NCBI RefSeq assembly: GCF_018350175.1
Contig: NC_058375.1
Coordinates: 104,656,168-104,720,000 of the forward strand
Length of the DNA: 63,833 bases
Source: Felis catus
Lineage: Eukaryota
Direction: 5' to 3'
In this document: positions 52,500-63,833 of the stretch, in pieces
Numbering within the stretch: position 1 is the stretch's first letter
How the letters are laid out: each line of letters starts with the position of its first letter
Program-made: the position numbers and the translations under genes
Notes under the pieces: generated by a model
Told to the model about the DNA's origin: nothing
Database searches by the model: none
The model's input: only the letters and a program-made list of their open reading frames with translations

Positions 52500-54157
52500 A
52501 TTTTGGATCTTAAGGATTTATTTCCTTTTTATTTTTCATCAATATTTTTCATTTCATTTTTCACATCAACAGACTTGGGTTTAGGGTGTCCCAGGAGAGC
52601 AGGAGAGATGGATGGGTCCCTCCAGGGGGTAGAAGGGAGAAGGCTGCGTCCAGCAAATGAAGGGTGAGGAAAGGGGGTACACACTCATACACTGGGCACT
52701 GGAGAAGGCAGTCCTTTGAGCACAGACACCAAAGAGTTAAACAGTCCCCACCTGGGTCAGTGTTACAAAATGTGGGGGAGTGACTATAGGGTGGGGGCAC
52801 CAGACGCAGCATGAGGAAGATGAATTTGGATTTTTCGTTGTTGTTTTCACTTTTTTTCCTTTTCACTTTTTTTTTTTTTTTTTAACGTTTTACAAACAGC
52901 TAAAAACTACAACACATCACAGCTACAGTGGAGGGCAGGAGGGCACCAAAGAAAGCAGCCACACAGAGTGGGGTGGGGCAAGGGCAGCTTAACCTACAGG
53001 GGGTATCTTGTAGAAAGGGTGAGACAGGGAAACTGAGGCTTCTGGTCCCACATTAGGGGTCCCTGGCTTATTGTCTAACCTTCTTCCCCCTTCAGAGGAG
53101 TCCCTGGGAGGGCCCCTGCCTCCTGCCCCTGCCCCAGCTCCTTGTGCTTTTTGATCTGCTGGTTTGACCATATGCCTGGTTTCTTTCCCTCCCCTGCTAC
53201 CCTGCGTGTGAGGGGACAGGTTGGGGGTGGGAGGGCAGCTGTGCTGTCCCTGTCTGTGCTATAGTGGGTGGAGCCTCTCACTCCAGAGGCCTGTGCTTCT
53301 TGAGGGAGGGGAGGATTTGGACCTTGTCAGGTGCCCTCAGGTCTCTCTAGACTGTGGGACTCTTATCCTAGCCTGGCCTGGGGCACCTCCCTCCCAGGCC
53401 TGGCACAAAAAAAAGATTAGGGGAGGTACTGTGGGAGGCAGAGTAGTGTGTGTGTCCACTGAGATTATCCTTGGCTGTATCTTAGGACAGTATGGTGACA
53501 CCCCGCCCCACGGCACATACACACACGTACATAAGTGTTACACATGCATTCACACACACAGTCCTGCTGAGCTGCCTCAGAACTTAATATATAAATAAAT
53601 AAGAATCAGAAAGCTAATTTGATAAAATTCAGGCTTCTTACTTATAGCCCAAATTGAGGGGAAAGTGGAGGCCAGGGGGCTGAGGTTTATTGCTACTCCC
53701 CCAGCATCCAACAGGTGTGAGAGGGCACCTGCGGCCTTTCTGACTCTTAAGTTCTTTTGGTCCATGGACTACACCAAGCCCCAGCTCCCAGCATAACCAC
53801 ATGCCCATGGTTTCACCAGGGCCTAGGCAGAGGGAATGAGGGGGAGGGCAGGAAGCCTGTGCTGGAGCCCCTGGAGCCAGGAAGAGCTAGGGCCCCTCAC
53901 TAACACTGGGGGAGAAGGGTGTGCACGTCAAGGGGTGGGGAGTAGAGCTGCATCCCAAAACTGGGATGAAGGAGCCTTCCCTGTATCCCTGCCCACGGGG
54001 TCACACACATGCATACGCACACACACATGGCTAAGACACTGAACACAGGGACGTGGGGAGTGGGGGCTCTGGGGCCAGGATGGCAGGGCAGGGAGGGAAA
54101 AAGAGGAGCTGTTGGTCTCACAGTGTGCCTGCCACCCTCAAAGGCCCTGAGGCCCTC
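52500..54157 (-). other. SV2A: SV2A 3' UTR
   Basis: Unique sequence from the stop to a minus-strand AATAAA at 52517-52522; a proximal AATAAA lies at 53686-53691. Confidence 0.75.
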
Positions 54158-54341
54158 TCACTGCAGCACCTGCCCCCGGGTCTCAGGCAGCTTCAGGGCC
54201 AGAGAACTACCGAGGGCAAGGGCAGCTGAGGCAAACAGGATGGGGGCAGCCTTGGTGATTCCCACAAAGGATGTGAAGATGCTGATCCCCAGCACAGCTG
54301 CCAGCTTACAGAGGGCATTCAGGAAGCCGAAGGCTGTGGTC
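54158..54341 (-). CDS. SV2A: SV2A coding exon 12 (last)
   Basis: TTAFGFLNALCKLAAVLG…LPETRGQVLQ*. Confidence 0.97.
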
Positions 54342-57300
54342 CTGCTCAGGAGACCCCCAGTGCAGTGCAAAGGGGAGACAAAGGAAGAGGCATAGGAGGG
54401 TTTGCAGGGGACAGGTGAGTAGGTGGGAAAGTGAAGGAGAGATGGCAGGCAGTGTGCAAAAGGGAGATGAAGGATGGAAAGATCAGAGAGGTGAGGCATG
54501 TACATCAGGGAATACAGATTGGGAGGCAAAGGGAAAAGAAGACCAAAAAATTAGGTTAATAGTTCAGGCTGCGAGGAGTGAATACAAAAGCTACCAGCTC
54601 TTAGAGCAGAAACTCAATGGGAAAGTATATCCTGTTAACCCTACGGATGATTTCCCATTCAGCCGCCTCCTCACCCCACTTTCCCGCCGCCACCGTGTAG
54701 ACCCTAAACCGGCTGCCCTGCCCCCACGACATTCCAACTACCTCTTGTCCGAGGGATAGAGTTCAACAGTCAACACGTCCAGCGCGTTCCAGGATGCAAT
54801 GCTGACCCCCCCAAAAAGGCAGAGCAGAGCGATCATGGCTGACTCGCTGTTCCCAAAAGACAGGAAGAAGCAGGAGACACAGGACATCACGCTGGAGCCA
54901 GCTAGAGCCAGGAAATGAGGGAGTGGCATGAACCTGGCCAAGTGATGCTCATCCACAACCCACCCTGTGCCCTCAAACTAGGTTTGAGGGAAGCCCAAGA
55001 TGAGATCTTTTTCCCAGAGTACTCAAAAGGAAGGCGCTTCACCCATCCCTATCCTTCCTTATAATTATATTTTTATTGATAATATCGGTAACAACCATTT
55101 CTTCAATGACAGCTATGGGTCAAGCAGCTTGATGCTTTATATGCATTGATCTAATACATCAACCCAATGGGATAGGTACTATCATCACCCCCGTTTTGCA
55201 GATGTCACAGCTGGGCTCATAAAGTAACTTGGCCAAGGTTAAGTGGTGGAGCTGAGATTCAATACCCATAACCTCAAAGCCGGTGCACTTGCTAATCTGT
55301 CTACCTCCTTTTTCCCCCAGAGAAACTTCCAGGTCAGGCCCCACCCCATCTTGCAGCCAAGACCTAAGCAGAAGACACGAGAGCGAGAACCTTCTCTAGC
55401 TAAGCTATTCCTTCAGAATAAGGTAAGAAGCCTGTTGACAGCCTCACCCTGCTCCCCAGCCCCCTTATCAGTTCTGACACACCACCACCCACCCACCCCC
55501 TTACCAAGCATTCGGAGCCTGCCAATCTTGTCCATGAGCAGGGCAGACACGATATTCCCAGGAAGTACAGCCAGCGTCCCCAGGAAACTGACAAAGTACA
55601 CCATGTAGGCGCCTTCACCAGTCCCTGTCACGTCTAGTGGGCAGCCCTCCTTGTTGTGCAGGAACGTGCTGTTCACCAGACGGCTGTTCACGAACTTGTA
55701 CTCAAACAGGTCTGCGGGCAAAAACCAAGACAGGAAGGCAGTCACGGCAAATGTGAGAGGGAGGGGGAAGCTGCTACTGCTTATGGCTCAGGACTCTGCC
55801 TTTGTGGGGTTAGTTGCGGGGGCGGGGGGGGGTGAAGGGGCTCTCAAAACTGCTCAGGGCCTTCATTGTAAAACATCAAATAATATCACCATAGGAACTA
55901 GAAATCTTTACAGCAGAAAATGACCATAGTCTATGAAATGAAACAGTGGGACTGGCTGTTTCCAAGTTTTCTCGTTAATAATCTTTGCTTCTTATTCATT
56001 CTTTTGGTCTGCCCTAGCTGACTATAAGCAGTAGCAGTGCCATGGGTTTAGGAAAAATTACCAAGCAAAATATTAAAAATCATTAAAAGCCCTTTCCATT
56101 ATTTTTCCCTGCAAGTTGGGAAAAACTCACCCAGTGCTCCATTAGGGGTGGGAACCTCAGTCTAGCTGGCAAAGTAGCATTTCATGTGCATGTAGTTTGA
56201 GAATCACTGTTTTAAAAAACCGGACTAATGTAATGATTCGCAACCTTTTACCCAGAAAATATTCCTTTTTGTTGTTGTTGTTTTTCCCCTGAAGGCCCTG
56301 TTTGAATGAGTTTTGCCCACTTCAAAAGTACGCTGATAACAATGCAGATTTGCTTTAATTCCAGCTCAAAGGTAAAGAAACTTGATGTTTTTGCCAGATA
56401 TTCTTAAAACTATTACAGAAAAATGTTCAGTGTCCATTCAGTTTTTGGAATTATTGGTGGTAGATAATAGGTCCCCACACCACCTTCCTACAGGGCCCCA
56501 GAGAGCTCAGTTTGTGAACCCTGAACTAGGGAGTGAGGAACGTTCCTTCTCCCCTCTTCAAGGTCCACTCAACCCTTGGTCCGACAGGCACCAGCCAAGG
56601 CATCTTACCAGTATTATAGAACACAGTGTTGATGAATGTGCAGTTGCGGAAAAATGTGTTGCTCGAAGTGACATCCTCAAAATAACACTCCTCAAATAGG
56701 GAATCCTCAAAGGACACTGACTTCAGACGTAGCCCAATGAACCTGTAAGGCCAGGATGATGAGAAACACTTCCCCCTTACCCTCATACCCTCCTCCAAGA
56801 CTCACTCCCTTGGAATTGAGGAGAAACCACAGGTATTTACTCCCAAAGACCCTGTCTCCAAACTCCCAGACCCATGCAAGAGACAAGGGGTAGAAGGAAC
56901 AGGGAAGAAGTGAAATGTAAGCGTCCCCACGTACTTGTCATTGAAGTACTGTCCCCCTCTGTGGATCTGATTCTCCAGAGTGAAGTTAAAGGTCACATGC
57001 TCTACATGCTCCCCAGAGAACAGTTTGGTGCGGGCTTCGTAGTCCACCGCCTGGAGGTGGCGGATCATGTCAGGAAACCAGACAGTCAGGCCATAGTAGC
57101 TGAAGAGTCAAGCGCGATGGAATCAGATGGGCTCACGATTAGAACCAGAGGGTCCAGAATGAGGGGGTGGAGAGTCAGGACCTTGCTTGCCTCTCCAGTC
57201 TCATCCCTCAGCACTCCTCCCTTCATTGCTGTTGGTCTCAGGGACTTCAGGTTCTTCTGCCCACCCACTGTACTCTCATCTCCCAGCCATTTGCTCCTCC

Positions 57301-60300
57301 ATTGGCCTAACAGTCTCCCTGCCACCACCCCACCCCAGACTGTCTAACCTCCGTTCATCCCTCAGGACTTAGATCCCCACTGCCCCCACACACCTCCTCA
57401 CCTGAATGACATGGTGAACCACACACCCATCATCATCAGAGTGATGCGTCGATATTCTGGACCAAAACAGGAGAGGAAATTCCCCCAAACCTAGGTGGAA
57501 CAAAACAAAGTCAGATAGCAGCTGTACTGACTTCTAACACTCCCACCCCAGGTCCCCCACTTTCTCCTGTCCCCCTTCCCTTCAGTTCACCCCACAAACA
57601 GGCCTTTGTCTCCGCCTCTCCCACTCCCTTCCCTCTCTTCACCACACCGTCCTTCATTACCTGCCCTCCCAGGCTCAGGGCCCGGACCCCCCAGCGCTGG
57701 TACCAGGTCCCTGTGTCTGACTGGATTTCAATCAACTCATCCTCCTGATGAATTGTCTTAATGTGAGTTACCTGGGGTCAAGAGAAGCGGTTAGCAGTCA
57801 CATAGTCTATTTCCCAACCCCATCCAGGGGCTTCAGTTTCAAAACGGTAGCAAAATGGCAGCAGGGGGTGGATGCGATACTCTGAGAGAGGACATTGAGG
57901 GAGAATGTGGTGGGAGATGTCTAGGGAAGCATGGGTTGGTATCCAGAGAGGGGCTGGGTGGGGCTGGGGCTTGAGGGCCTTGGAGGTTGAGGGGAGGGGC
58001 TCTGGCTTACTGAGAAGACTCGCTCAGGATGTCCCTTGGCTCGCATGTTGGTGTCATGAACCTGCTTCAGCACCATCCAGGCCTCATCATGCTTCCCGTT
58101 CTAGAGCCACAGACACAATTCCCACCTCCAGGTTAGCTCCTCCCTGACCCAGGGTAATAGACCCCCTTCCTCCAGTGTGGCTTCTGTAGTCACAGGACAC
58201 AAAAAGTCTCCCACCCCTACCTCTGACCTGTGGGTGTGTACATCACCCACAATTAAAGAGCCCCAAGCAGGGGTACAGCAAAATGTAATAAGACTTGAGC
58301 AAGCATAGGGGGAGTCCAGGAGACAGCTACAACTACAGGTCCTAGGGATCCCCTGGAACAATGGAAAGAGAAAACTGAAGACAAGGGAATTGCTGGCAAA
58401 GGGCAAGGAGGTTGTCAGAGGAGGGACAGAATCCTAAGCTTCTGGACCAAGATCTACTTGGAGGGGGAAGAAGCACAGGGTGGGAACTTCTCTTGAGTGA
58501 TAACGTCAGGGGCAGAGCGCCCACCTGCAACATCTTAAACCACCCATGGTTGGGCAGGTACCCTGGTTTCTCCACCCACAGAGCCCCTCTGGAGATACAA
58601 TGTAAGAAAAAGGAAGCAAGATAAAGTCCCCAGGAGTATGGGCCCTGTGAGGGTCCCACAAACCAAACCCACTGTGAGTGTTTGAGCACAGAGCCCCCTG
58701 CTGCCCCTCCCCCAGCCTAGCCCTGGCCCCGTTCACCTCCAGGAAGAAGCGGGGGCTCTCAGGCTGTGTGGTCAGAGCTCCGATGGCAAACACAGAAGGG
58801 AAGGCGCAGACGAGGACAAAAACCCTCCAGCTGTGGAACTGGTAAGCAGACCCCATCTGAAAGCTCCACCCTGGCAGGGACAGTCACAGCATCAGAAAGG
58901 CCAGAGGCTGGGGGCTCCCACCACAGGGCACACAGGAGAAGAGGGAGAGAGGCTGGGGTGCATTCCCCGGGGACTGCCTACCGTAGTGGGGGATGATGGC
59001 CCAGGCCATAGCAGCTGCATACACTCCACCAATCATCCAAAACATGCAGAGCCAGCTCAAATGCTCCCCACGTTTCTCCTGGGCCAGAAACTCCGAGAAA
59101 TAAGAGAAGACAATGGGGATGGACCCTCCAATCCTGGGGAGCATTGTGAGAATTCAGCATTAGAAAATGGCCCTATTTCCGATCCCCTGCCCCAGTGCTC
59201 TGGATCCCCAAGTGCCTTTCATCTTCCACACCTTGTTAAAGAGACTTCTCACACAGTGTCCTATACACTCCCTCACCACCAGCTGTTACGCACCCATCCT
59301 CAGGACCCTGGGGAACAGGCAGGGAGGTCTGAGGGGAAGGGAAGGAACAAACATTGAACCTTGAAGATGGCTACTGAGTTGCAAGAGACAGAAGATGATT
59401 ACAGAAAAGAGGGAAAATCCCCACAGGAAAAAGCTAGGCAAAGAGGAGTCCGAGGGCAGGGATGCGGGAGCAGGCCGGAAAAGAGCTTGCAGACAGGGCA
59501 AAGAATGCACGCAGACGGCTCAGGGAGTGTGGGAGTGTGGTGGGTCAACGCGTCACATTTCTGGCAGCTGTGGGTGTTAACAGAAAGGTCTGCTGTCAAA
59601 TGCAGGAAGGATGGAGACTCGGAAGGGGATAACTCCGGGGTTCACAGGCACCCCGGGGTACAGCTGAGACCCACCAGGCCTCTCGTCATGGAGCCAGGCT
59701 CAGAATGGAACTGGAGGGTGGGGTGGAGGACTCAGGAGTGGACGAGACATGGAATGGTGCTCTGGGCAGGCGGTAGGTGGGTCCAGGACAGGGGGAAGCT
59801 GGCCTAAAGACGGTAGGAGAAAGGAGTTCATTCATTCAATTCATACATATTTGAGATGCATCTGGTGTGCCTGGCACTGTGCTGGGTTCTAGAAACATAA
59901 CGGCAACAAAGGCACAGTCCTCCCTCAGGACTGCCTCCAGGGGCTTAGGAGGTGGCCACTCACCCAACCCCAGAAAGGAGGCGGCAGAAGAGGAAAGTGC
60001 CATAACCCTGGACGAAAGATGAGAAAAAGGCGAAGACGCTGTTGACTGAGAGCGAGATGAGCAGACATTGCCTCCGACCCAGCCGATCAGCCAGACCTCC
60101 CCAGAGAAAGGCTCCCACCATCATGCCCAGGTAGACTATAAGGCCTGCAGGGAGGGAAACAGAGACAGCAGAGGTATGAGCAGACACGCCTCAGTTCGCT
60201 CACTTTTTGAGCATTAAATGAGCTAGAGCTGCAGCCGAATGGATTGAGGAGCTGGAAGACTTCTAGGATAGGTAAGTCTACCCAGAGATGAGAGCAAGTG

Positions 60301-62058
60301 AGAGTTCTGTCTTTGCTCACGGAATATCATCTCTGCAGACCAGAGATTCAAAGGCAGGAATGCAGACATGAGAGACCCCCAGAATTCTTTCTCTCCCTCC
60401 TGCTCTCTCTTGCTTGCTCTCATCTCTCATTGTGTCTCTGTCTCTCTGTCTCTGTCTCTCTCACACACACACAACACACCCCCATCTCTGGCTTGCCTAG
60501 AAGGAGTAATGGATCTACCCAAATTCCCAGACCTTCCCAGGGTCCCCTCTCCCTCCCTGCCCTGACGTCCTGAAAGCAGCAGGAGAGATCTCCTGTGTCC
60601 CTAGGAAAGCACCTCCATTTCTTCAGTCCCCCCTACAAAATCCCCCCCACAGAACCCGTGCTTTACTCCCCCAGCTCCAATGCTTCTGGTCCTAAAACTC
60701 TCCTGTTCCTTATTTCCTTCCTACATTCAGAGTTGGAATAACTCTAAAAATCAATCTACTCCAAACTCTGCATTTTACCCATGCTTCAGCCAAGCCCCAA
60801 GGAGTGGGGATCTCCCCAACATCTCATGGCAACTTGGGAGCAGTGCAAGACCAAGAGACCTTTTGTGGGTGAGTCCAGGCGATTTCCTCCCCCAGGGTCC
60901 ACATCAGGAAGAGCCATTAGAGACCACTCACTGGCCCTTGAACACTCCCAAGGCTTGCCAAGAGCAAGCATGGCCAATTTCTCTGGCTGAAGGCAGACCT
61001 GGGCTTCCTCCCCAATCCCCACCCTACTAAACTGACTCCTCGTTTAAACTAGGGAGTTTGGACACTGACTTCTTGTTTCCCTGATCAGGGAAAAGGAGCA
61101 AGATGACAGAAGGGAAGTCTCTGAAGAAACACCCAACAGGGGCCCATCCCACCATGGCCACCTCCTGCAGAACTAACTAAGCAGACCACCCAGCCACTGC
61201 CCCAAGCCCCAGCCCAGCTGCCCTTCCCCAAGCCTCTCTTGCACAAACAACCTCACTGTGACCCAACCCCAAGAGGAGGGTTTGTGAGGGATGAGCATGC
61301 AGAGGAACTCCACGCCCTCTGGGGACATTTTGGGATCGGGGTCCTAGGGAGCGGTAAGGACAGGGGTTCTCAGGAGCAGAGGTTTTTCTAGAGTTTGGGG
61401 CAGGACAGGGCTGGAGGGCCCCCCAGTGTGTCTTACCTAGCATGCCTTTGTTGGAGTCCGACAGGCACATGTCTTTCTCGGCGCTAGGCAGCACAAAGCC
61501 CACCACAAAGACCTCGACACCATCAGCCATCAGTGCCAGACCAAGCACGAAATAGAGTGTCCACTGGAAGCGGCCATGGCCACACTCCCGTAGGATGGCT
61601 TCATACTGCTGAGCCAGTTCTTCCCGTTCTTTCCGCCGCTGTGCCTCCCCCCGGCCACCAGGGGGGCCCTCCCCATCGCCCAAGCCCCCCCTTACTCCAG
61701 CCAGAGGAGCCCCATCAGCCATCCGCTCGCCTTTGCCCCCAGACTCTGCCCTGGGGATGCCCTGATATTCCCCCTCGTAGATCTCGTCATCCTCGTCGTG
61801 GCCTTCAGTAGCATCACTAGATGCACCACCTTCTTCCTCATCCTGGGCCCCTTCCCCACGGTAATAGCCATCAGCAGGGGCAGGGTAGTCATCATCATCC
61901 TCCTCCTCCTCAAAGCGGGAGTAGGATCTGCGGGAATATTCGTCCTGGACTCTGTCCAGGCCCTTTACCACCTTCTTGGCCGCATGCTTCTTGACTTCCT
62001 TGGCAATGTCTTTGGCCCCACGGATGAAAGCTGCCCGGTCTCTGAAGCCTTCTTCCAT
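54158..62058 (-). CDS. SV2A: Synaptic vesicle glycoprotein 2A, complete spliced CDS (12 coding exons, 742 aa)
   Basis: Exon lengths 622+181+152+134+90+111+89+165+134+207+160+184 = 2229 nt; all introns GT-AG with phases consistent; MEEGFRDRAAFIRGAKDIAKEVKKH…LPETRGQVLQ*. Confidence 0.98.
54742..54901 (-). CDS. SV2A: SV2A coding exon 11
   Basis: AGSSVMSCVSCFFLSFG…VELYPSDK. Confidence 0.97.
55505..55711 (-). CDS. SV2A: SV2A coding exon 10
   Basis: DLFEYKFVNSRLVNSTFLHNKEGCPLDV…IGRLRML. Confidence 0.97.
56609..56742 (-). CDS. SV2A: SV2A coding exon 9
   Basis: FIGLRLKSVSFEDSLFEECYFEDVTSSNTFFRNCTFINTVFYNT. Confidence 0.97.
56935..57099 (-). CDS. SV2A: SV2A coding exon 8
   Basis: YYGLTVWFPDMIRHLQAVDYEARTKLFSGEHVEHVTFNFTLENQIHRGGQYFND. 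Confidence 0.97.
57402..57490 (-). CDS. SV2A: SV2A coding exon 7
   Basis: VWGNFLSCFGPEYRRITLMMMGVWFTMSF. Confidence 0.96.
57661..57771 (-). CDS. SV2A: SV2A coding exon 6
   Basis: VTHIKTIHQEDELIEIQSDTGTWYQRWGVRALSLGGQ. Confidence 0.96.
58011..58100 (-). CDS. SV2A: SV2A coding exon 5
   Basis: NGKHDEAWMVLKQVHDTNMRAKGHPERVFS. Confidence 0.96.
58737..58870 (-). CDS. SV2A: SV2A coding exon 4
   Basis: WSFQMGSAYQFHSWRVFV…PESPRFFLE. Confidence 0.97.
58982..59133 (-). CDS. SV2A: SV2A coding exon 3
   Basis: IGGSIPIVFSYFSEFLAQEKRGEHLSWLCMFW…IIPHY. Confidence 0.97.
59964..60144 (-). CDS. SV2A: SV2A coding exon 2
   Basis: GLIVYLGMMVGAFLWGGLADRLGRRQ…LLSGVG; cag|…|gtgagt. Confidence 0.97.
61437..62058 (-). 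CDS. SV2A: SV2A coding exon 1 (the exon extends into 5' UTR up to an acceptor at 62388)
   Basis: ATG at 62058; donor G|GTAAGA; acceptor …ttttctag|. Confidence 0.97.
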
Positions 62059-63833
62059 GATGGGTCTTTGGGAATGCTTCACTAGACTCCTCCACTCCCT
62101 GCTCAAGGACTTGTGAAGTCAGAAAGATTCCTTCCCCCAGTTACTCAGATGAAGTGGATTCAAGTATCTCTGGGCACAGAATAGGAGCAAATAGGACCTG
62201 GCCAGTGAGTATGTAGGAAGGGAAAGGAGGGAGAGGAGTTCTGGCCAGTTCAGTTGGATACATGGGGAAGGGAAAAGGGGAACAGCAGAATGGGAAGGGG
62301 AGGGGGAGCTAGGTTGTGCAAGCTAAGATGGGGAGCCAGGATAACTCAGGAAAGGCCGCCTACTTCTCTTCAAGAAGCCTCTTGAGATCTAGAAAATATA
62401 AGAGGGGGGGGGGGGAAAGGAGGTGGTGAGGCCTAAAATGGTAAAGAAAGCCAATACAGAGCCCCAACCAAGACCATGTGATACGGATGGTCTCCTTGCT
62501 TCAAGCCTGCACACAGTTAAAAAGGGATGCCTACCTGGGCCAGCTGTGGATCATTCAGTATAAATCCCCTCACTTTGACCTTGGAGATCAGGCCTATGAG
62601 ATATGCTCCAGAGTCACGGTCACCTATCTAGAGGCCTCCTTCTGATCCCCTGCCCCACATCAAGATCAGACCCCTTGCTTTACCACCAAACTGCAAAGAA
62701 CAAAACAGGAAATATGAGAAACCATAATTCTCTGTTTTAGTCTGGTCTGGCTTGCTTACTGGGGGAAGAGCTGGGGGGAGAATGTGTAAAAGGAGAATCA
62801 AGTCCTCCAGCCTGTGACTTCAGTCCACTGATGGCATCTCAAATGGGGCTCTCGGGGTCCTCCCCTCGGGTTCCCACAAGGAAGGGTTTTCTCAGTGGGT
62901 GAAAATTCCCTTCCAGGGTCAGACAGACTTGGGTTTGACTTCTTGCTTCAGCACTTACTAGCTAAGTGACCTCGGCCATCTCCCCATACAGCCAGGCCTC
63001 AGTTTCCTCTTATTTAAGAAGGGGAAAGTAAGGATTAAATGACATAATGTGTATAACTCCTTACCATAGTACCTAGCACATAAAAAGCGATTAAGAAATG
63101 TTGGTTATTGTTCTTTGTGATGATAATAATACAGTGCGATCCCCTCTACTCCCTCACAAGACCCCAGAACAAAAGCCACGTCTGGATGCTTATGAGGATA
63201 AGGAGCAGAAAGGGATACTGGCAAGGGAAAGCTGGTTCAATGCAAAGCACATGACAGTTAGGTGACCTAAGTTAAAATCCCAGCTCTGTCACTTACTTGC
63301 TAACCGCTCTTGGGCAAATTATTTAATTTCCCTCAACCTCAGTGTCCTTATATTTAAACTGGGGGTAATAATCTTTAGTTTTCTGAGTCCACAAGAGAAT
63401 CCAACCTCACAGTAGATAGTCTATAAATTAGTTTCCTTCCTTCCTATTAGACTGAAAACAATGTGAAAGAAACAGGAAGCAGCAAGGGAAGAGTAGGGGT
63501 CATACTTGGATGCTGTTGTCCAGTATCCTCCCAAAACAGAGTCCCAAGACCTCTCTGTGTTCAAATTAGTTCCAGCAGATGGGCCCACATTGTCTCCCTC
63601 CAGACAAAGAAGGGAAGACTCAAAAAAAGGGAAACCTGGAACCTGAGGTCATGGAGAAGAGGTGATGTCTGGCTCCTGCCACCTTCTTTCAGGACATCAT
63701 CCATGAGCCCCTTCCCTGGTGGAGGCAGGAACAGACATGGCTGATCAAATACATACTTTTTCAGCATTGGGGGCTAAGGTCTATAGCTACACCTCCTTTC
63801 TCCAGGGCCTTCTTTCCTAATCCCCCTTAATCC

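Noticed and set aside
61177-61436. C-terminal extension of the 309-aa SV2A ORF
   Set aside because: Read-through into the intron past a canonical GTAAGA donor at 61436.
62389-63833. SV2A non-coding first exon or promoter
   Set aside because: Not evident. The region looks intronic with MIR-like fragments, so exon 1 is probably beyond the window.

Overview
This is mammalian genomic DNA, most likely a felid, because it carries dense SINEC_Fc-type Can-SINEs. It spans the distal HIST2 replication-dependent histone cluster, BOLA1 and the whole coding region of SV2A. Gene order: 3' end of an H2B (+, stem-loop at 25-40); a ~9.5 kb repeat-filled spacer; H2B(-)/H2A type 2-A(+) as a divergent pair; H3.2(+); an RPS6 retropseudogene; ~20 kb of repeats; H2BC21(-)/H2AC20(+); H2AC21(-); BOLA1(+); SV2A(-, 12 coding exons totalling 2229 nt, 742 aa). 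From recalled human and mouse annotation this matches the 1q21.2 order. Every histone CDS is partly replaced by N runs, and for the H2A and H2B genes the run lengths fit the missing sequence exactly. I found no wholly new multi-gene system. The best leads are: (i) an orphan H2B-type octamer promoter facing BOLA1; (ii) an apparently open H2B at the position of a human pseudogene, with a P10A change and a degenerate octamer/TATA; (iii) gene-conversion tracts among the H2A and H2B paralogues; (iv) dual stem-loop/poly(A) 3' ends; (v) an RPS6 retrocopy starting at an acceptor-like site; (vi) a 106-bp non-SINE retroposed insert with two hairpins; (vii) SINE tails carrying captured 3' flanks; (viii) a cluster of substitutions in SV2A luminal domain 4. 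Repeat family names and orthologue comparisons come from recall, not database searches.
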